A stretch of DNA of 32,569 nucleotides from Paraspadella gotoi (Eukaryota; Animalia; Chaetognatha): positions 1-32,569 of the forward strand of contig JBJCIZ010001663.1 in assembly GCA_051294375.1 (NCBI GenBank), written 5' to 3'. The notes under the pieces are model-generated. The model was not told the DNA's origin and ran no database searches. It saw only the letters and a list, made by a program, of their open reading frames with translations. The translations under genes and the position numbers were made by a program. This document shows positions 1 through 9,330 of this stretch, piece by piece; within the stretch, counting starts at the first letter, position 1; the number at the start of each line of letters is the position of its first letter.

Positions 1-119
1 TGTAAAAAGACATACAAAACACCGATAAACGACTTTTCTAATGTAAAAAAAGATAATAACGTAAAAAACACCAGCAAACGACTTTTCTAATGTAAAAAAA
101 GATAATAACGTTTAAACAC
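1..119. repeat. AT-rich ~49-bp tandem repeat in flanking DNA (just over 2 units visible, probably continuing left of the window)
   Basis: AAACGACTTTTCTAATGTAAAAAAAGATAATAACGT at 27-62 recurs at 76-111; AAACAC recurs with a similar period. Confidence 0.8.
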
Positions 120-177
120 TTCTAGAAAATATTTCCAAGAGATACGTTTTAAAAAAGAAATTTACTGCTTTTCATAT

Positions 178-555
178 TGTAACAATAGGCGCTAAACATA
201 GTGGTACGAGCGGTGAATGAGATGGAACCGATGATCACCTGTTTCCTAATCTTGCCTTACTTTCGCCCTCTACCGTTCTTGGTTCCAGCTCATTCTCCGA
301 TGGAAGGCCGAATCGTAAACATCGAAAATAATAATTTTCTACTATTTCACAAAAATGTAAATATTTAATTAAATATTTATATATTATAACTTAAGAATTA
401 ATTAATAAATTAATTCTTCCTTCCATTCTAGGTTTGAACAATTCCATTTCTCGTATTTTGGAACGCAGCGAAAATGTACTCGTCTTCTAAAATATATCTT
501 GGTAGTTCTACATTAAGTGGATTATATTTAGGTATTTTAGTATAGATTAGTTACA
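178..555 (+). repeat. 5' LTR of copy 1 (378 bp)
   Basis: Homology to 18595 starts exactly at TGTAAC (178); inverted terminus GTTACA at 550-555; AATAAA at 404-409. Right boundary could alternatively be ...CGACA at 676. Confidence 0.75.
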
Positions 556-657
556 TTTTTACATTCAAACATTTTTTAGTAAATAATAGTTAATTAGTTA
601 AAATTATTTTAAGAATTATTTTTTAGGATTATAATTTAAAATTATAAATTTAACAAA

Positions 658-666
658 AGGTAAACT
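658..666 (+). promoter_or_regulatory. Candidate major 5' splice donor (AG|GTAAAC) upstream of the structured leader
   Basis: AGGTAAACT is conserved at 19087-19095 in copy 2 although neighbouring sequence has diverged; a second conserved candidate AAAG|GTTAGA lies just before the gag ATG. Confidence 0.4.
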
Positions 667-669
667 GTT

Positions 670-850
670 CTCGACAGTGGCTCTGCCGCGTAATGCCGAG
701 AGGAGTAACAAGGAACCGCGGAGAGATTTATAACTCATCGCGGGCAAACTTTGTCGCTTGGGGACTCTAACCCATCGGCGAAGTAGTTAGGGAAAATACT
801 GGTCGTAATAAAATCTGAATCCCCCCTCTCAGATTAAGAAACGCCCGGTA
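670..850 (+). other. Structured 5' leader RNA (four hairpin domains; candidate packaging/dimerisation or translation element)
   Basis: Stems show compensatory changes relative to 19099-19278, e.g. ACTTTGTCG/CGGCGAAGT vs ACTTCGTCA/TGATGAAGT and TGGG/CCCA vs TGAG/CTCA. Confidence 0.75.
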
Positions 851-940
851 AAAAATACGAAGGCCAAACTTAACATATTCGAAATAAATTCATCTCGTCG
901 AACTCCTCCGCCGCCCGTCGTCTTCAAAGGTTAGAAAATC

Positions 941-3900
941 ATGGATAGCTTTACTGAAGACTGTGATAATGTTTCAGAGAGGGAATTTAGGCATTTTTTG
1001 ACTGAATTTAGGCAGAAATTAGATAAGTTCAGCTTAAATTATCAATCGTATTTGACCGATCAAACCTCGGCGAACTTGCGTGAGATTCTGGAAACGCGCG
1101 AAAACCTCGTTGATCTTGTACGGGATCTGTCGGGCGGGCTCCAAAACCGTCCAGACTTAAAAACGGGGCGTGCGGAAAGTCTTTTGCGTGAGGCCGAGGA
1201 GATCTTATTGCGTTGTCCAAGTATTAATATTTCTGGGGGGGGTGTCCCTGGGTCCGTTGAAACGAGTATCTGCGAAAAACGGGTTGATTCGCTTAATGTC
1301 GTTTCGGATTCCGTAAACGATCCGATTCCCGTAACCGTTTCGGCGCCCGTAAACGCGCCAGCCGCCGCGCTTGTCGACGTGAATAATTCTATCACTCCCT
1401 CTGCCTGTCCCGAACCCAACCTACCCCCCATCCCTGCCCATGTATCTAGATGGGTCGAAGAAACCGCAGTGAATCCCGGGAGGGCGCCGTCCGTCGACGA
1501 TTCCGAAAACCCGCGAACAGAAGAGGATCGCCGATCGGGAACGACGTCGTCTGAGTCCGGAGTATCAAAACCGTCACGAGAAGCACAGCGAGAGAGATTA
1601 ATTAAAAAAGGTAAGGTCGAGGATCGGCTGTGCAGTTTTCGCCGAAAGCTCGAACGAATGGAGAACGAGCAGAACCGAAAAATGATAGAATTGAATGAGG
1701 CACGTGACGAGATGAGAAGGATGGAACGGGAGGCGGAGATCGAAAGGATTGACATTGAAAATCAATATGAAGATAACGTTGAGATTGTAGAACTAAATGT
1801 CTCTCTGATCAGGAACGACGCGGAACCGAGGAGACGCGAGAGGGCCGTTCAGACGACGATCAACGCGGAGGGACCCGTCCCCATAGCAACGTCTCCACCC
1901 AACGCCAGACTAGCCGATCCGGTCCCAGCGAAAGGTCAACGTGCAGCGGATCAATCACGCGCGGCCGTCATGACAACGACGACGCTGCCTCGCTCGGGGT
2001 TAGGGGAAGATCGCTCTTTGGGAAATCGACACGAAGCTATTACTACGGTTACGGCGGCTTCGAAAACGCCGCGACTTGCGAGCAGAGATCCAGCGCGAGT
2101 AAATGCGGTCGTGACGGAAGCGCCGGCGCAGACGCCCCTCCAAAGTGCAGCGCAGATACCGCAAGAACCGCTGATTCAAAATTCACGCGTTTTACCTGTT
2201 TCCCATAACGTTGATTCTCGTGTTGCTGCGCCCATTTCCTCTACATTTTTGAGAGAATTACACAATGAGAATAGTGCGTCGAAAAGTCATTTGAATAGAA
2301 ATCTAGTAGAGCAAATTAGTGCTTCTATCAATTCTGCTATTATTGCGCCTGTTGCAAATTCACCTGAAATTTTACGTCCTATTATGTCTGTCAATTCCGG
2401 TGTCATTTCGCCCTTGTCTAGTCTTAAGCAACAGGAAAATATTTTGTCAGTTATTCAAGCTGCAGTAATGCAGGCTATCACGCCATTGTTTACGTCACAA
2501 AGCTCGATAGTTACGCCCGTAGCGCCGCCGGTCGCGTCCTCGTCGGTCCCGTCGGGAAATGTCGGAATCCCATTCGTTACGCCTTCGACAAAGTCGGGTT
2601 TGACCGCGGCGCCATCTCCAACGCCTCCGTCACCGGGTCCCGAAACCGCAGTGGATTTGACGATTCCAAAAACCGTGGCACATCCCTCAGGACCACCCTC
2701 ACCCCATCCACCACCCCAGGCGTCGGAACAAATCGGAAAACAGGTTTTTAATGAAAAAACTAAATTAAATTCAAATAAAGTCAATTCGAACGTTATTAAT
2801 GACGATATGCCTCAACTTAGCGACGACGAGGGATCCGTAAGTTCAGACATCACGCACCGTGTCGGTTCGATCGCAGCACCTACAGCAGAGGACGGTCCAC
2901 TGGCACAACTATGCGCTATTCAACTTCAACAACAGGCGTTCTCACTCATGCGGCAGAAAAGACCAAAATTGAAATTCTCAGGACGAGATCGACGTGTCGA
3001 CTTCGACAATCAACTCGCCCTCTTCAACACCCTCTACAGCATCCCGGGGATCACAAATGAAATGCTGGTAGGAGAATTAAGGGAATATTTCGCGGGTGAT
3101 GCTCTAATAATCATTCAACAGTATGAATTGGGAAGCGATTACGGTAGATCCTTAAAAAAGATAAAGAAGGCATTGCGAGTACAATTTGGAAGGAAAGCCT
3201 ATACAGCAAGACATTTGCTAGACAATTTACTGAAAGGTCCAAAGATTAGTTCGCGAGATTCAGTGGGGTTAAAAACATTTATACTAGAACTAGAAAAGAT
3301 CTATTTGCGAGCGAAAGAAACGAATAGGGAGAAAACGTTTGCGACGCAAGAAATATATACCGAAATTCTATCAAAAAAGGCGCCGCACCTGGGAAATGCG
3401 TGGGCAAAGAGGGCTGTTAAAAAGAAAATGGAATGGTTGGAGAGAGAGACGGATGATGAAGATGACGAATGTGACCTTGACCCCACTTTTGAAACATTTA
3501 TCAAATTTCTCAAATACACTGCCGAAATATCTGAAATGGGCTCAATTTATTCAGGGTTCGGCACTCCGAGTGAAAGTAGGACTCCAGGTTCGGGACCGAC
3601 CGCCACTTCGACTCCAAAGCCCCACCGGAAATCTTTCCCAGTTCGCCTCGCCGCCGTGTCAACAAAAACGACGAAGTCCACATCAATGTCAAAAAGCCAG
3701 AATTCGACCTCAAATACGACACCAAAGTTTCCTCACCCCAACGCCAATCCAACGACGCACGCCCCAAGGAACCCGTCGACGACCACGTGCTACATGTGCG
3801 GCGTGAACCATCGGTTGGAGACATGCAGGAAATACCTAAACTTCGAGACCGAAAAAAGGTGGGAATTTATCAAGAAAAACAATTTATGTCATGTCTGTTT

Positions 3901-4012
3901 AAGGCGTGGTCACATGACAAGGGACTGCAAAAACCTTTTAGGTTGCCGAAAATGCGCCGGTCGGCATCACGTCTCTGTCCATGCAGAGACTCCAGTCACA
4001 AACTCTTCTTGA
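941..4012 (+). CDS. gag: Gag polyprotein (1023 aa): N-terminal coiled coil, long Pro/Ser/Thr-rich linker, capsid-like region, three C-terminal zinc knuckles
   Basis: CYMCGVNHRLETC, CHVCLRRGHMTRDC and CRKCAGRHHVSVH match the CX2CX3HX4C / CX2CX4HX4C / CX2CX3HX4H triple knuckle typical of BEL/Pao Gag. Confidence 0.92.
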   Translation: MDSFTEDCDNVSEREFRHFLTEFRQKLDKFSLNYQSYLTDQTSANLREILETRENLVDLVRDLSGGLQNRPDLKTGRAESLLREAEEILLRCPSINISGGGVPGSVETSICEKRVDSLNVVSDSVNDPIPVTVSAPVNAPAAALVDVNNSITPSACPEPNLPPIPAHVSRWVEETAVNPGRAPSVDDSENPRTEEDRRSGTTSSESGVSKPSREAQRERLIKKGKVEDRLCSFRRKLERMENEQNRKMIELNEARDEMRRMEREAEIERIDIENQYEDNVEIVELNVSLIRNDAEPRRRERAVQTTINAEGPVPIATSPPNARLADPVPAKGQRAADQSRAAVMTTTTLPRSGLGEDRSLGNRHEAITTVTAASKTPRLASRDPARVNAVVTEAPAQTPLQSAAQIPQEPLIQNSRVLPVSHNVDSRVAAPISSTFLRELHNENSASKSHLNRNLVEQISASINSAIIAPVANSPEILRPIMSVNSGVISPLSSLKQQENILSVIQAAVMQAITPLFTSQSSIVTPVAPPVASSSVPSGNVGIPFVTPSTKSGLTAAPSPTPPSPGPETAVDLTIPKTVAHPSGPPSPHPPPQASEQIGKQVFNEKTKLNSNKVNSNVINDDMPQLSDDEGSVSSDITHRVGSIAAPTAEDGPLAQLCAIQLQQQAFSLMRQKRPKLKFSGRDRRVDFDNQLALFNTLYSIPGITNEMLVGELREYFAGDALIIIQQYELGSDYGRSLKKIKKALRVQFGRKAYTARHLLDNLLKGPKISSRDSVGLKTFILELEKIYLRAKETNREKTFATQEIYTEILSKKAPHLGNAWAKRAVKKKMEWLERETDDEDDECDLDPTFETFIKFLKYTAEISEMGSIYSGFGTPSESRTPGSGPTATSTPKPHRKSFPVRLAAVSTKTTKSTSMSKSQNSTSNTTPKFPHPNANPTTHAPRNPSTTTCYMCGVNHRLETCRKYLNFETEKRWEFIKKNNLCHVCLRRGHMTRDCKNLLGCRKCAGRHHVSVHAETPVTNSS

Positions 4013-4102
4013 CTTGCAGCCGCGTACGCCGTCACAGGAACTTTTCGTCCCATAGTTCCTGTTATTGTTAAAAACGGGAACAGAACTGTGACGACGTACG
4101 CG
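4010..4102 (+). promoter_or_regulatory. Probable programmed stop-codon readthrough signal (UGA-C, 8-nt spacer, stem-loop)
   Basis: gag and pol share a frame and are separated only by TGA 4010-4012; 4021-4037 pairs with 4086-4102 (16/17); inner stem 4055-4063/4073-4081; conserved in copy 2. Confidence 0.8.
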
Positions 4103-7100
4103 CTCCTCGACTCAGGAGCAACCCGCTCCGCAGTCGCAACTAATATCGTCAACAAATTAAATTTGAACCCTTATACGTTATTTACTAATCTGACAACTTA
4201 CGACGCAACCTCGCAAATTTGGCGAGATTTCGTAGATTTCGAAATAAAGAATATGGATAATACCTTTTCAATTGAAATTAAAAAAGCAATCGTCGGCAAA
4301 ATTCTAACTTGTGAAAGCGACAAACCTGTAAAGAATGAGGATATACGCGATTATGATTATATGAGAGATGTTGAATTTATCGAGTTGAAACATGATAATG
4401 TTGATTTGATCTTAGATGCAAGCCTCGCGTCGGAATGGATCGGAGGATCGACACGAGTCGGGCCGCCGGGCTTCCCCACTGCCTTACACACCACATTTGG
4501 TTGGACCCTAATCGGACCAAGTGAAAACGGACGCCAAGGAGAGCATGTTATTAGTTGCCTTGACGCCAACCCCTCAGGTTTGGAAGAACTTGAATTCCAA
4601 ATCTCGAAACTAGAGAAGATGGATTTTTTGATGAAAGAATCCGAACATTATTCGTCCGAAGTGAGTCATCCATCTGCTCTAGATCAATATGCAATAGAAC
4701 AACTCGAATCTGGAACTTTCTTTAATCTCTCCACAGGTCACTATAGCGCCCCAACGCCATGGAAGAAGGGGCGAAAAGCAGCGGCAGAGGAATTCAAAAG
4801 AATCAGAGAAGCCACCATCGCAAGCGCAAAAAGAAGAGCAGTCAAAACAGCAGAAAAATTGGCGAAGGATCCAATACTAAAGAAAGGAGTCTTCGAGACG
4901 ATGCGCGAATGCATGGAAGCCGGCTTTTCAAGTAAAGTGGAAATTGAAAATCTAAACGGCGAATTTCCAGAATACTATACCCCGTTACACATAGTCACGC
5001 GCCCTGACAAGCCCGGTAAATTCAGGATTTGTCAGGATGCAGCCTCGAAAACTCGAGGTACATTTTTAAATGATCACTTAATAGCGGGCCCGGATAATCT
5101 AACTCCGTTATTGGGCGTTCTAATGAGATTTCGAAGAAAGAGAGTAACACTGTCAGCCGACATTAAAGGCTTCTTCCACCAAATTGAAATTGACCCCGCC
5201 GATAGAGGGGCATTCAGATTTTTTTGGTATAGTGACGAAAGCATGACGAAGCTTGAAACTCATCAATCCAACGTACACATTTTTGGCGGCTCTGGTAGCC
5301 CAGGAGTAGCCAACTGGGTGATAAAATACCACATAAAAAAAATCAAAGATGAAATCTCACTCGAAGCCTTTTTATCTATTTTTCTTCAGCTCTACATGGA
5401 TGATCTCCTAGACTCTGTCAGCACGCCGCAAGAAGCTCAACGATTGAGATTAGAACTCACCGACGCACTCAAACGCGGAGGTTTTGAACTCTGCAAATTC
5501 AAAAGTTCAGACCCACGAGTGCTCAAGGATGATCCCATATCAGACGACACTCCTCCAGCCATCTTCCAGGAAACGGACGAGCTCGTCGATGATCTCGAGA
5601 GGATAGCCGAAAATACTTCTCCAGAAAGCCCAATGATCGAGGACCACTCAAGTAAGATTTTGGGAGTAGGTTTCAATTCCGAAAAAGATATATTTTTCAT
5701 CCGTATTACTGAAAAGGCAAAAAAGGAAGCCGTTTCCAGGCGAGATTTTTTAAAATTGGTGGCAAGTGTTTACGATCCATTAGGGTTTGTCGCTCCATAT
5801 ATCCTTAAAGGAAGGTCTTATTTCCAAAAAGCGACAAATGATAAACTTACCTGGGACGAAAAAGTTCCGGAAGATCTATTCAAAAAGTTCGACAAATGGA
5901 GAAAGGATATGGAAAATCTGAAGAGATTCACCTTCCCTAGGTGGACCTCCATATCGGGTCTAAATGTCGCAAAAACACAACTGATTATTTTTGCTGACGC
6001 ATCGTCTACTGGATATGGGATTGTCGCATATGTAAAAAAGATGAATCAAGATGAAGACGAATGTCATGTCTCCTTATTTTATGCAAAATCACACGTTGTC
6101 CCATTGCAAATGCAAAGGACATTGATCCCAGGTCAAGAAGACCATCTTGAGAGCATGCCACGTCTAGAATTAAACGCGGCAAGACTCGCGGCCCAATCCA
6201 GAGATACCATAGTCAGAGAGTCCGGTGAAGAGTTTTGTAGTATTGTAATGCTTACGGACTCAGTTACAGTATTAAATTGGATAAACGATTACACTAAAAG
6301 ATTTAAAACCTTTGAACATTTTAGGCTCAAAACTATACGAAATTTATCCCCAATCCAGGAGTGGCGCCACGTCGAAGGGAAAGAAAATCCTGCCGATTTC
6401 ACCTCCAGAGGCCTTGACGCAAATGATAAAAAATGGCTCACCTTCCATCAAGGACCCACCTGGCTCCGTCGACCAGAAAGCGAATGGCCGACGTCGAAGT
6501 ACCCAGTCAAATCTTCGGCAAAGAAGGAGATGTCCAAAGATAAGAAAAATATTCAAGAAGTCAACTTAGCCGCAATTCATGATGATTGCACTTACTCCCC
6601 AATGGAATTGGTCGTCGTCAACGCCACTCGCACTTACCCAGCGCTTCCGCCATCAAACTCCAGAAATTGGGTGTTGAAAATTACAGACAAAGTATCAGAA
6701 TGGCGACAAAAGGTGAGAAGAATTGCTTATTTTTCAAAAGCTGTTCCCAAACTTTTAAAATTCTTAAAAGCGAAAAAAGAAGGGAAAAGAATTAGAGCCG
6801 AAAATATTTCACTTACTGCCGATGAATTTAAAAATGCAGAAACGAAATTAGTTAGAGCTATCCAACAATCATATTTCGATAAAGAATTCTATGAGTTATT
6901 TAAAATGGGCATTTTGTCTCCCGACGCAAAAAGGGAACTTAGAACCAAAAGCTCAAAAATGATTTCATTAAGTCCGTTTATTGATTCAGAAAATTGTATC
7001 AGAGTGGGCGGCAGACTTGGCAATGCCAAAGATATGAAATTCGAAACAAAACATCCGTTGATCTTGCCAAAGAATGATGAAAATGTAGATTCTTTAATTA

Positions 7101-8203
7101 GGCACCATCATGAACAATTAAAGCATGCTGGCGGTTCAGCTACCTTTCATTCCTTAAACCAAACTTTTGCTTTATTAGGAGGACGAGCAAATGTGGACAT
7201 CATCGTCAAGAAATGCCTCCAATGTCAAAAGGCTCACAAAAATCCAACTCCACAGCAAATGGGACCGTTACCGGAGTTTCGAGTAGAAGCAACCATTCCT
7301 TTTCAAACCACTGGAGTCGACGTTTTCGGTCCCTATAAAGTAAGGAATGCCGGGAGAGGGTATAATAATAAACATGTTCTTCTCCTCACCTGTATGACCA
7401 CAAGAGCCGTGGTTTTTGAAGTACTAAAAGATATGTCAAGTATTTCAGTCATTTCAGCCTTAATAAGATTTCGTTCACATTTCCCAGGCTTGGAGAGACT
7501 CGTCTCCGACAACGGAACAAATTTTAGAGGAATTGACAACGAGCTCAAAAGGCAATTAAGAACAATTCGCCAGGATGAAAAATTCACGGAGTTCATCGCC
7601 TCGAACGACATCAGGTGGGACTTTGGTCCTCCCCATACTCCTCATTGGGGGGGAGTGTGGGAACGCCTTGTAAAAAGTACCAAAAAACATATTACTACTT
7701 CTTTACCTAAAGAGCCTGATCTCGATACCTTTGTCACTATTTTGTGTGAGATCTCTGCCATACTGAATAGAAGACCAATTACACAGGCGCCAGCAAACCC
7801 AAATGAGATTATAGCATTGAGCCCTGAGAATTTTTTATATCCCTACTTGCACGCTTCAACCGCTTTAACTCTTCTCCCTTATGCCCCTACAGTTGGCGAC
7901 ACCCTGCGAGCATCGTGGAAGGCCGTTCGAGATACGGCAGACAGATTCTGGACACGCTGGAGACAAGAATATCTCACGACCCTTCGAAGTCGAAAGAAAT
8001 GGACGACCTCATCCGATAGCCTCGAAATGGGAGACATAGTCTTAATAGAAGAAGAAAATACACCCCGTGACATTTGGAGAATCGGCCGAGTCTTAGAACT
8101 AGTGGGAGAAGACGTTCATAAACGTGAAGCAATCGTGATAACTAGGAACAAGAAGGAGATCCGCCGTCATGTAAAAACTTTGATCAAACTAGAAGTCGAT
8201 TAA
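4013..8203 (+). CDS. pol: Pol: aspartic protease, reverse transcriptase, RNase H, integrase (translated as Gag-Pol fusion)
   Basis: PR ALLDSGA; RT LSADIKGFFHQI and LYMDDLL; RH IIFADAS, PRLELNAA, TDS, WRHVEGKENPADFTSRG; IN HEQLKH..CLQC, GVDVFGP, SDNGTNF, GGVWERLV; C-terminal FWTRWRQEYL. Frame is open from the gag stop. Confidence 0.95.
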   Translation, partial: LAAAYAVTGTFRPIVPVIVKNGNRTVTTYALLDSGATRSAVATNIVNKLNLNPYTLFTNLTTYDATSQIWRDFVDFEIKNMDNTFSIEIKKAIVGKILTCESDKPVKNEDIRDYDYMRDVEFIELKHDNVDLILDASLASEWIGGSTRVGPPGFPTALHTTFGWTLIGPSENGRQGEHVISCLDANPSGLEELEFQISKLEKMDFLMKESEHYSSEVSHPSALDQYAIEQLESGTFFNLSTGHYSAPTPWKKGRKAAAEEFKRIREATIASAKRRAVKTAEKLAKDPILKKGVFETMRECMEAGFSSKVEIENLNGEFPEYYTPLHIVTRPDKPGKFRICQDAASKTRGTFLNDHLIAGPDNLTPLLGVLMRFRRKRVTLSADIKGFFHQIEIDPADRGAFRFFWYSDESMTKLETHQSNVHIFGGSGSPGVANWVIKYHIKKIKDEISLEAFLSIFLQLYMDDLLDSVSTPQEAQRLRLELTDALKRGGFELCKFKSSDPRVLKDDPISDDTPPAIFQETDELVDDLERIAENTSPESPMIEDHSSKILGVGFNSEKDIFFIRITEKAKKEAVSRRDFLKLVASVYDPLGFVAPYILKGRSYFQKATNDKLTWDEKVPEDLFKKFDKWRKDMENLKRFTFPRWTSISGLNVAKTQLIIFADASSTGYGIVAYVKKMNQDEDECHVSLFYAKSHVVPLQMQRTLIPGQEDHLESMPRLELNAARLAAQSRDTIVRESGEEFCSIVMLTDSVTVLNWINDYTKRFKTFEHFRLKTIRNLSPIQEWRHVEGKENPADFTSRGLDANDKKWLTFHQGPTWLRRPESEWPTSKYPVKSSAKKEMSKDKKNIQEVNLAAIHDDCTYSPMELVVVNATRTYPALPPSNSRNWVLKITDKVSEWRQKVRRIAYFSKAVPKLLKFLKAKKEGKRIRAENISLTADEFKNAETKLVRAIQQSYFDKEFYELFKMGILSPDAKRELRTKSSKMISLSPFIDSENCIRVGGRLGNAKDMKFETKHPLILPKNDENVDSLIRHHHEQLKHAGGSATFHSLNQTFALLGGRANVDIIVKKCLQCQKAHKNPTPQQMGPLPEFRVEATIPFQTTGVDVFGPYKVRNAGRGYNNKHVLLLTCMTTRAVVFEVLKDMSSISVISALIRFRSHFPGLERLVSDNGTNFRGIDNELKRQLRTIRQDEKFTEFIASNDIRWDFGPPHTPHWGGVWERLVKSTKKHITTSLPKEPDLDTFVTILCEISAILNRRPITQAPANPNEIIALSPENFLYPYLHASTALTLLPYAPTVGDTLRASWKAVRDTADRFWTRWRQEYLTTLRSRKKWTTSSDSLEMGDIVLIEEENTPRDIWRIGRVLELVGEDVHKREAIVITRNKKEIRRHVKTLIKLEVD

Positions 8204-8727
8204 AGAAACGATGAATCTATCAAAGTCCATTCATTCCTAGCATCGATGGTATGAATGTTCTCTTATTTTATCAAATAAGTTAGTATTAATTACAAACAAT
8301 TCATTTGTACCAAACTGAGTTCCTATTAACCTATTTGTTCACGAGACAAAATTTTTCAACAATTCGCCCATCGTTTGGAAATTATTCGTTTGAAATTTAA
8401 AGTCTAGCCATAGGTCAAATATCAAATTCAGATATTTAGTTCGAATTGTTAAATTCGTTGTATTTAGTCTTCGTTCAAATTGAGTACAGAACACTGATCT
8501 GTCTAACGGAAGTTAATTGGCAAGGCAGAGCGCAAAAAATTAGAATGTTTAAACAGTTATCTAGTAGATCGAATAAGTTGTTGCTATTAGAATTAATCAT
8601 TTGATTACAAAGGGAAATAGCTAATTACAACCAAATACCTATATTCAATTACTTACCTATCCAAAACAGATTGTTAGATTTTACTGACTCTCTTATTCAA
8701 GGTCACTTGTTGAAAGCACAATCCAGG

Positions 8728-9330
8728 ATGGAATCGACGGAAATAGTCACGATCGAAGACGAGCCTCTAAGTCAAAATGAATCAGTGTCTGCTCCCTCGG
8801 AGATGAAATCATCACCGCCCGCGACTCCAGATAGGAGATCGTCGTCACCTGCATCTCCAGAAGCAAGGTCACTCTCGCCAACGTCCCCAATATTCTTATC
8901 GCAGCCTGAATCCGAAGCCGCACCTCCATCAAGTTCCGCGTCAGCTGCGGAAATAGATCGTGAAGACATAATCGAAATCCTTGAAGTCTCAAAATGGGCG
9001 CCGCCTCCTTCATCATCATCATCAGAAGAGGACGAAATCATCGTTTTGACGAAGTCAACAAGCGCAGAGTGTTTCGCCGAACTACAAGAAAAGTGGAATG
9101 AAGAAAGCAAACGCGAATTCCTCCGACAACAACGAAAGAAAGAAGAAGCCAAGAAGCGCCTTCAAAGTTGGAAGAAGGAAGTCGCCCGCCTTCGCGAGGA
9201 TTTACAATGCGAAAAGGAACGGAGGATCAAGAAGAGCCTACGGGAAGAAGTCCGAAAGATCAAGAGAGGCAAGAGGAATCGCGCTCTCTTAGCCAAAATT
9301 CGCGAGATGGAAGAAGCGGAGGAAATATGA
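8728..9330 (+). CDS. Accessory A1 (200 aa): Ser/Pro-rich N-half with SIM-like motifs, basic coiled-coil C-half
   Basis: First ATG at 8728 aligns with the homolog at 27278-27898; strong protein conservation with many synonymous changes. Confidence 0.85.
   Translation: MESTEIVTIEDEPLSQNESVSAPSEMKSSPPATPDRRSSSPASPEARSLSPTSPIFLSQPESEAAPPSSSASAAEIDREDIIEILEVSKWAPPPSSSSSEEDEIIVLTKSTSAECFAELQEKWNEESKREFLRQQRKKEEAKKRLQSWKKEVARLREDLQCEKERRIKKSLREEVRKIKRGKRNRALLAKIREMEEAEEI

Noticed and set aside
678-695. TGGCTC... as a tRNA primer-binding site
   Set aside because: Only 6 nt are shared before an indel and the segment is explained by a conserved hairpin; kept only as an alternative LTR end
1029-8073. 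Minus-strand and alternative-frame ORFs within gag/pol (and equivalents in copy 2)
   Set aside because: Shadows of the sense ORFs; boundaries mostly differ between copies and no motifs are recognisable
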